A stretch of 64,000 bases of DNA from NCBI GenBank assembly GCA_000004985.1, contig GG738868.1. One strand, written 5' to 3'. This DNA comes from Naegleria gruberi (Eukaryota). Below, piece by piece: positions 57,145 to 64,000 of the stretch. The notes under the pieces are model-generated. The model made no database searches and was not told the origin of the DNA. It worked only from the letters and a program-made list of their open reading frames with translations. The position numbers and the translations under genes are program-made. Positions within the stretch are counted from its first letter, which is position 1, and every line of letters begins with the position of its first letter.

Positions 57145-59143
57145 TTACTCACTGATAGCAATATATCTATCTCCCATATCATCACCATCCTCATCATCCT
57201 CATCATTAACTTGCACATCCCACTCATTATCAGCTGGTTGTGTATCTACAATAATTGGAAGTTCCAACAATCTGTTTCTCATAGATTTGCTAAGATAACA
57301 ACGATTCATATCTAGAACCTCAAGTCCCATAAAATCTGTTGTCAAACCTCCTTCTAACTTGTCAATAAATTTTGAAACTCCCTTATCTGATAATGTTCCT
57401 AAGGAAATATCAATAATTTTCACTCTCTTTGAAATTGAGCTATCGAAAATATCACCACAAATCTTATCAATAGACTCATAGTTTCTCAAACCCAAATATT
57501 CCAATGATGGGAAGATGCCATTCTCTTTTGGACTTAATAATTTTTCCTTTAGGAGTTCTGGTTGAAAGTCAGCTCCTTGATTGCTTGTTCCCAAGAAAAG
57601 CTCTAAGTGTGCTAATTTTGGCAAATAAGCTGTGAATAAATTACGTAAGAAAACCTCACTCAATCCTGCGGAAATAAAAGTGATTGATCTCAAATTGTGA
57701 TGAGAGAAATTGGCAGAGAGAGCAAGTTGGATTGACCCTTTTGACATCCAAAAATTTAATTTTGGCATGGCATTCAAAACTGGTGTAATATCATCAATGC
57801 AAATCCAAGAGACTTCAGCATCACTTTGATCGATATCTAAATAGTAGATACTTTTGATATTATTCAAAATTTCACTATTTTTGACGATCCAGTTTGAATA
57901 TGTCTTTGGAGGAGTATCCATTGAATCTTCAGTATAACGACCAAAGTTGATTTCATCAAAGCTTTCAATATGTTGCTTGAGTAATCTCAATTGCTTTTTA
58001 AGGCCTCCCTTAAATGTTGGACCATTATTTTCTCCAGCATTGTCTTCATCAAAAGAATGACTGAAATTTTCACCATTCGTAATCTTGGCAGTTCTTAATG
58101 AGGAAAGTAAATTTTGATCGTAGGCATATCTAAACTTGATTGATTCCAATAAACTCAAGGTAGATGTGAATTCTTCCTTCTTTGCATTAGGATAGAATTG
58201 GAGAGCCTTTTCAACAGAAATTGATTTTCTGTTAACCATTTCCTTAAACTTTTCAAAATTTAAGGAGTATCTCTGTAATTTGTCTTCACTAATATTCACA
58301 GCAACATTTGCTTCCTGTTGTTGTTCTCCTTCAGTTGGCACATCGACAGGTCTATTATCTGAGTATTGCTCATCATGGAGAAGAGAAAAGAATTTGTATG
58401 GTTCTGACACTTTTCTTGTTGATCTAATGTAATTATTCATTGTTTGAATGAGGAAAGTAATGGTTGACTCATTATTTTCATTAGTAATCATATCATTGAA
58501 ACGTTTACAAACTCTTGACAAGAGTAATAGTTCATCAATGGTTACATATTTGAAAATTGAAAATAACAAATCATCTAAAAGAGGAAAATTGGTAAATTTA
58601 ACAATATTCACCACCTCACTCTCATCAATTTTTCTCTTTTTAGCGAGAGGTTGAAAGTCTAAATCATCTTGACCATCATCAGCTTCATCGTCATCATCTT
58701 CTTCTTCCTCTTCTTCATCTTCATTATCAAATGAATACTTGGTAGCAGGTTGAAGCTCACCCAATTTAACAGAATCCCAAATAAAATCCTCCTTCACAAT
58801 GATTTTCTCCTTTTCCTTAGCGGCTGAAACTTTTGTTGTTTCCTCCTCAAATTCCTTTTCTATCAACACATCATATCACCATAATCATCATCAAAATATT
58901 ATCAAATTATTAATAAATTGTTATCATTATAGTGCGCATCATGGATCAAAGTATTATTATTCAATTAATTATCATCATCATCAATAAATTACCTGTTGTA
59001 ATCAAGTGAGTGACTGCCTTGGTAATGGAAGCAGCAGTTTTACCACCATACTTTTTAATTTCATTTTCAACTTCTTTCCGTCCCTTGCTTAGGGTACCAG
59101 AGATGCAAAATACCAATGAATTGAAAAGTTTCTTGTTGGACAT
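57145..59143 (-). CDS. BRCT - F-box - LRR protein, 2 exons (BRCT domain split by intron)
   Basis: Minus exons 58993..59143 (FNSLVFCISGTLSKGRKEVENEIKKYGGKTAASITKAVTHLITT) and 57145..58859 (EKEFEEETTKVSAAKEKEKIIVKEDFIWDSVKLGELQ completes the BRCT; then an acidic tract, F-box FPLLDDLLFSIFKYVTIDELLLLSRVCKRFNDMI and C-terminal LRRs). GTAATT donor, TAG acceptor. Confidence 0.65.
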
Positions 59144-59400
59144 TTTTTTGTTTCTTTCTAATTAGAAAGCTCTTCTCAGATTATCTTTGCATGGAAGGGT
59201 ATAATAATAATTGTAAATTCGGAGATTGGTTCCTCCACCAATTTCTGGAAAAAAATTTGGCGCCATAAATTCTATTGGCCAATTCAACGGAGTTAATGAA
59301 GCAATCCTTACTAAACCAGATTCAAATTATTGAACTTTAGAGTCCAATACCACTCAACATTCGAAAGAACTTACAAAGTTTCAAAAAGAAGCAGAAAAAA

Positions 59401-61913
59401 ATGCTGAATGTTCTTCCTCCCGAAAACATTCATCAAATTTTCAGCTATTTAGATTATTTTCATGATGTTTTTCGGCATCGAAAATTAGCAGTCCCCGATT
59501 TTAATATTATTCACGAATGGACCACTGATGATTTTAGTGCTACAATGGATTTGGAATATTCGGAAGACTTGTTAGATAACAACACTTCATGGGAACCTCT
59601 CTTTCTTACATGTAAATCATTTTATGAAGCCTTTGAACTGTTTCAGCCTTCAGAAATTAAAATACAAATGGTGAATGGAGAGAAAAAGAATTGGGCAAGA
59701 TTTTCAATTGATAGGGATTATTTGCAACTAGTGCGGAGTCTTAAAATAATTCCTATTCATGATAACAAGCAGTGCACAGAGGTGTGAGATTACAAGATAG
59801 GAATTATGTGGAGAAGGCATTGGAAAGGATTATGAAAAGGTATGAAAATGTATTTGATCGAGTTGAATATGTCAACTGTTTTGCACCTTTGGGGAGGAAT
59901 TATTGGACTAAGAGTGGAGTGAATTATAATTTGAAAAAGATTTTTAGAAATGTGAAATATCTAGTTTCAAATTATAGTTTAGCCCAAACTACTATCTCAA
60001 GTTTTCTTAATAGATCATTTTTTATTGAAACTGATCATATTGAACTCAATCACTACAATTCTATTTATTACACAGAGGAAAGGGAAATTGAGCATTTGAG
60101 TTTGGCTCAAAAATACCTTGGTAAACGATCATTTCACATAGAGATATTTCTTGCCAATTCAATATTTTATGAACGTTTTGATACTTGTAAATATATTATC
60201 AAAAATTTCAATATTGACATTGGATACTTTCAACATTTTTGGAATACTGTCTTTTCGAGCTTTATCAATATTCATGACAAGCATTTAGATATTTTACGTT
60301 TAATTTATATGAAATACAGATCATTTAGGATTTTTATTGCAAACATGAACAGCTTGAAACAGTTGAAAATGCTTGAAAAACATCAATTTATTAACTTTGA
60401 TCTAAAAAGATGTTTGAACATTAGTTTAATCAAAGATTTATACTCTAGTGATATTGTTATGTCAAAATTCAGCAAAAAGTACAACATTAATTTTAACAAA
60501 ATTGGAAAGTATGGTTTTTCATTGTTGAGCTTGGATGGAATTGACAGTTTTTATTCTTGTAAATGGGGCAGTCCTGATGTTTTTGGTGTGACACCTTTTA
60601 TGCACAACTTTACCAAAGATATTTCACAAACTGTACAGCACATTATGATGAAGGATAATTTTGGAAATAATTTTTTACACTACTTGTTTTCGAATGATCA
60701 AAACAGAGGTCGATCTTATTTAGTAACATATTCGGACATTCGATTTGCTAAAAAAATTCCTAAAGACGTGTTACTTAAATTGGAACAAGAAGAGAATGAT
60801 ACAGGATTCACACCAGCAGAAATAGGTATTGCCAATGGGTGGAATATGTTCCAGTTTCAACCTTTACCCTCAAAAATATTCCGTTACAAAAGAATTGAAA
60901 TGTTAAATGATAAGTTATCTCGTCCATTTGCACTATTAGATGGACTTGAGGTGAATATGGCTATACTAATGGCTGTAGGTTCTGGAAACAAACATCCACA
61001 TTTGGATTATACTATATATCAGGATATCAATTATAGAGATGTAAATGGAAAGCACTTAATTCATTATTTTACTGAGTATGATACCAGTAAAATCTACAAT
61101 GCCACACAAATTAGATCATGTCAGCAAATATTACAGACACCAGACCAAAATGGAACCATTCTGTTGCAGACATGCAATAATTGGTATGATCATTTATTAT
61201 ATGCAACTACTTGCTATTGGAAAGGTTCTCCTACTATCAACATTTCTGGTTACTTTGATAATTTAGGATTTAACAGGATTATGTATGGCATGTTAAAATT
61301 CACTTCTACTACTTTCAAATATCTCATTTCAGAATCTATTGTACTTGGATTTGATTACTCTAATGAAAATTATCCAAGACTATTCCATATTACCTTTCAA
61401 AATAAGGATGATAATATTCACTTTGAAATTGACAGTGGATTAATTCCAAGAATAACAGGAGGTTTTCAATGGTATGACGGAGAGGAAGGAGATGAATTTT
61501 CACACTTTGTAATCAGATTGTGTATTCAACAATTCTTGAAAGACAACCATTATGCCTTTCAGTCGGTGGTCAGTTGCTTGGTTGCAAGAGGATTGAAATT
61601 TGATGTTGTGAAAAATTCCAGAGGAAAGACAGCACTTGATTTACTGAACGAATTTAAAGAAAATAATCCTTCAATTGACTTGGGAAGTATTTGCAAACAG
61701 GTAACCAAAGGATCCACTAAAAAATCACAAGCGCTGGTTGAGTTTAAAATCAAACATACCAAATGCCCAGAGGAGGTAATTATTTCCCAAACAAATACTT
61801 CATTAGTGGTGAAGAATAGTTTTCTTTTATATTACCACGTTTCTATCAAAAGGAGTCTTTACTTTGCACAAAAAGAAATGAGCACCGATAACAAAGGAAT
61901 GATTTCTCAATAA
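59401..61913 (+). CDS. F-box-like N-terminus plus large uncharacterised domain; two ORFs offset by one frame (frameshift or pseudogene?)
   Basis: ORF 59401..59787 (LPPENIHQIFSYLD F-box-like) and ORF 59772..61913 (713 aa) overlap by 16 nt in different frames. No intron can be fitted in the overlap. Confidence 0.45.
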
Positions 61914-61931
61914 TTTCTACTGAATAGATTA

Positions 61932-62897
61932 TCAACACCTATGTCCTCCAAAAAACAAAGCAAAATCGTTATTGTAAATCAAATATCCTGTGCAACCACT
62001 GAATGTCAGAGAAGCTGTAAATCTAATTCTACCCATCATTTTTTCATTTTTCATTAAGGAAAGTAACTGCTTGAGGCATCCCCAAGCAATTCTCAATCTT
62101 CTTGGTCTTTCATACGAACAAAGCCATACTTGTGGTGGTTTGAACTGTATTTTCCATTGGTCATACATGTATGGTAAATAATTGCAACTGGTTGGTTGAC
62201 TATCAACACATTTACCAATAATTTCCAATATCTGCTCATCATTGTCATTATTAAAAGCGTCATTCAGTGCATTGACAGTTTGAGGTTCATCCACCAGATA
62301 ATTCCAACAAGATCCTATTGTAAAATATCCTGAACAATTCATTGCAGAGGTAGAATCATCCAATAATTGTGAGATCATTAACTTTTCATAAGTATTCGTA
62401 TAGAAATAGTGAAGCATCTTTTTCCAGTTAATTTTAGGATTCGTCCTGTAGAATTCATCCAACACTCCAACCATCCACTCATTCCCACTTCCCAATTTTC
62501 TATATTTGGACTTGCAATTTTTAGGTAATCTCTCAATTAGCTTTTCCCAAACATTTTTCCTCACACAAACCACCTCCTCATCAATTTGTGTACTTGTGAA
62601 ATGGTGATAATAGTAATTCAAGTCTTTCCAATTTAAATTTAAATGAAATTCTTTAAATTTTAAAAACCAAAAGTAACAAGAAAGAAGCAACGAATCGGAA
62701 GGATTTGCAATTATCACTTGACCATGATTTCTCGATATTTCCTGATGATGAAACAATATGGAGCCAAATTGACGACAAACTAAGCCAATGGGTAAAAGTT
62801 TTTTAATGGGAATAAATTTGAATATTTCCACAAGCAAGTAATCATCATGGAGTAGCAGTTGAGACATTTTTTGGGATCTTTCCACAACCTCCTTCAA
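61932..62897 (-). CDS. F-box-like hypothetical protein
   Basis: 321-aa ORF with N-terminal LLHDDYLLVEIFKFIPIKKLLPIGLVCRQF (F-box-like). Confidence 0.5.
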   Translation of the reverse strand: MKEVVERSQKMSQLLLHDDYLLVEIFKFIPIKKLLPIGLVCRQFGSILFHHQEISRNHGQVIIANPSDSLLLSCYFWFLKFKEFHLNLNWKDLNYYYHHFTSTQIDEEVVCVRKNVWEKLIERLPKNCKSKYRKLGSGNEWMVGVLDEFYRTNPKINWKKMLHYFYTNTYEKLMISQLLDDSTSAMNCSGYFTIGSCWNYLVDEPQTVNALNDAFNNDNDEQILEIIGKCVDSQPTSCNYLPYMYDQWKIQFKPPQVWLCSYERPRRLRIAWGCLKQLLSLMKNEKMMGRIRFTASLTFSGCTGYLIYNNDFALFFGGHRC

Positions 62898-62962
62898 ACT
62901 GGAATAGCTGTCAAAAGTTAAAAAAGTGGTAGATATTTAACAGTTCACAGATTTATTGTGTG

Positions 62963-63367
62963 TTATGAGGAAGAAGTGCTGTTTGTAGTGTTGGAAGAAG
63001 TAGTTACTACAGTGAATGTATCGACAGATTCAAAAGTTGTTTGAGAAACTTTCACAGAAATTGTTCCACTTGTGGCCAAAGGTGGAACCTTAACTAATAA
63101 TACTGTGCTATTGGCAGACGAAACTGTAGCAGAAACTCCATTAAACTTGACAATGTTATAAGTTGTTTGAGTAGAATTGAATCCACTTCCATAAATAACA
63201 ACTGTAGAGTTGACACTTCCACTTGAAGGTGAAAAACTTTCAATTTTCAATTGACTGGATGTGTAAAATTTAACATAGAGACCAAAAGCAATGGCAACAC
63301 CAATAAGGAGAACAATGGCAGCCAAGCAGCAGATGGTAGACACAACAGAACAAGATTTAGACGACAT
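62963..63367 (-). CDS. small type-II membrane protein with IPT/TIG-like domain
   Basis: 134 aa. N-terminal TM (CCLAAIVLLIGVAIAFGLYV), then FSPSSGSVNSTVVIYGSGF...VKFNGVSATV...LLVKVPPLATSGTISVKV (IPT/TIG pattern), then an S/T/N-rich tail. Confidence 0.45.
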   Translation of the reverse strand: MSSKSCSVVSTICCLAAIVLLIGVAIAFGLYVKFYTSSQLKIESFSPSSGSVNSTVVIYGSGFNSTQTTYNIVKFNGVSATVSSANSTVLLVKVPPLATSGTISVKVSQTTFESVDTFTVVTTSSNTTNSTSSS

Positions 63368-63565
63368 TTTTTGAATTATTAAAGTGAAAGAGTTTCGTAT
63401 CGGCTTTTAATACTTGTTGGTAACAGTTCTGAGGGAGGAACACAAATATTGATGTTTGTTTCTAATAGACTTGTTCCAAACAATGTTTTAAATGTCCTCT
63501 TCCTTAATGAACTGTTTTCCGTTGCAGAACACATCTAAAAATGGATAAGTATCTCCGTAAAAGAA

Positions 63566-63639
63566 TGCCTCCCTTGGGAATCGAACCCAAGACCTCTGTC
63601 TTACTAGGACAGCGCTACTGCCAACTGAGCTAGGAAGGC
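63566..63639 (-). tRNA. tRNA-Thr (anticodon AGU)
   Basis: Minus-strand 74-nt sequence GCCTTCCTAGCTCAGTTGGCAGTAGCGCTGTCCTAGTAAGACAGAGGTCTTGGGTTCGATTCCCAAGGGAGGCA. 7-bp acceptor stem, anticodon stem CTGTC/GACAG with loop CTAGTAA (anticodon AGT), T-arm TTGGG-TTCGATT-CCCAA. Followed by a T-run. Confidence 0.85.
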
Positions 63640-63699
63640 TTACGCTTCACAATGAAAAAGTTCTTAATGTATGTGTAACTCCAACCCAAATACTTTTGT

Positions 63700-64000
63700 T
63701 TAATAATCCTCGTCCGTCCTATTGTTCTCTACTCTTTGTGCACATCTTAGTTTGGCACTTCTACTCCTCACATTGAATTCAACTTCTGCATCATCAGGTA
63801 TGATTGTTCCTTTTGTAATCTTTTTAAAGGAATCTTGGTTCTCTTTCATGAAATCTTTTGTAATACGATCTTCTAATGAATGATAGCTCACCACAACCAA
63901 TCTTCCTGTTCCAATCTTTAAAATATCTTTGGATGCATAGAGAGCATTCTGTAAAGCACTCAACTCATCATTCACAAAAATTCTAATAGCTTGGAATGTC
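63700..64000 (-). CDS. 3' end of 16S rRNA (cytosine-N4) methyltransferase RsmH/MraW (METTL15-like), gene continues beyond window
   Basis: The C-terminal peptide GRLVVVSYHSLEDRITKDFMKENQ...SRSAKLRCAQRV matches the RsmH C-terminus (GGRLxVISFHSLEDRIVKxF...RARSAxLRVAEK). The reading frame is open to the window edge. Confidence 0.7.
   Translation of the reverse strand, partial: TFQAIRIFVNDELSALQNALYASKDILKIGTGRLVVVSYHSLEDRITKDFMKENQDSFKKITKGTIIPDDAEVEFNVRSRSAKLRCAQRVENNRTDEDY

Noticed and set aside
1-64000. Prokaryotic operon / defence-island interpretation of the ORF track
   Set aside because: The ORFs are interrupted by canonical GT-AG introns that restore conserved eukaryotic protein motifs (GH38, ThrRS, copine, SmD1, DJ-1). 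Gene products such as snRNP Sm, LSm14, OTU, chromodomain and WD40 proteins are eukaryotic, and there are no Shine-Dalgarno patterns. Several ORF-track starts are TTG/CTG rendered as M.
1-64000. CRISPR arrays, rDNA operon, LTR retrotransposons
   Set aside because: No direct-repeat/spacer periodicity, no 18S/28S-like sequence and no RT/integrase/RNase H ORFs were seen.

Overview
This 64 kb window is AT-rich eukaryotic nuclear DNA, not a prokaryotic operon region. Genes sit on both strands and are interrupted by short GT-AG introns of about 45-160 nt, with donors mostly GTAAGT, GTATGT or GTAGGT. Start codons lie in A-rich contexts and many proteins contain Q/N/P/S-rich low-complexity segments. 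A canonical Zn(II)2Cys6 binuclear-cluster transcription factor, several F-box/LRR proteins, an NHL+BTB protein, a PPR-like protein and dispersed 5S rRNA and tRNA genes point to a fungus, possibly an early-diverging, AT-rich lineage such as Glomeromycotina. The taxon is inference only. I can support about 36 protein-coding genes. Recognisable ones are class II alpha-mannosidase, LSm14/Scd6, DJ-1, SmD1, ADP-ribosylglycohydrolase, OTU deubiquitinase, threonyl-tRNA synthetase, copine, family III CoA-transferase, SNF2 ATPase, DCAF11-like WD40, EF-hand protein, tandem chromodomain protein, PPCDC, ribosomal eS7, WDR18/Ipi3, ABCG half-transporter and the 3' end of RsmH/METTL15. There is also one 5S rRNA, one tRNA-Thr(AGU), a kinase-like pseudogene and a 25-bp perfect inverted repeat. 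Exon boundaries were derived by hand from conserved protein motifs and GT/AG sites and are approximate to within a few nt. The most unusual items are a Ser/Thr kinase fused to a right-handed beta-helix domain, a MULE-transposase-like gene, a BRCT-F-box-LRR gene with the BRCT domain split by an intron, a 7TM receptor-like gene, a 6-nt micro-exon in copine, and an orphan N-terminal eS30 fragment.
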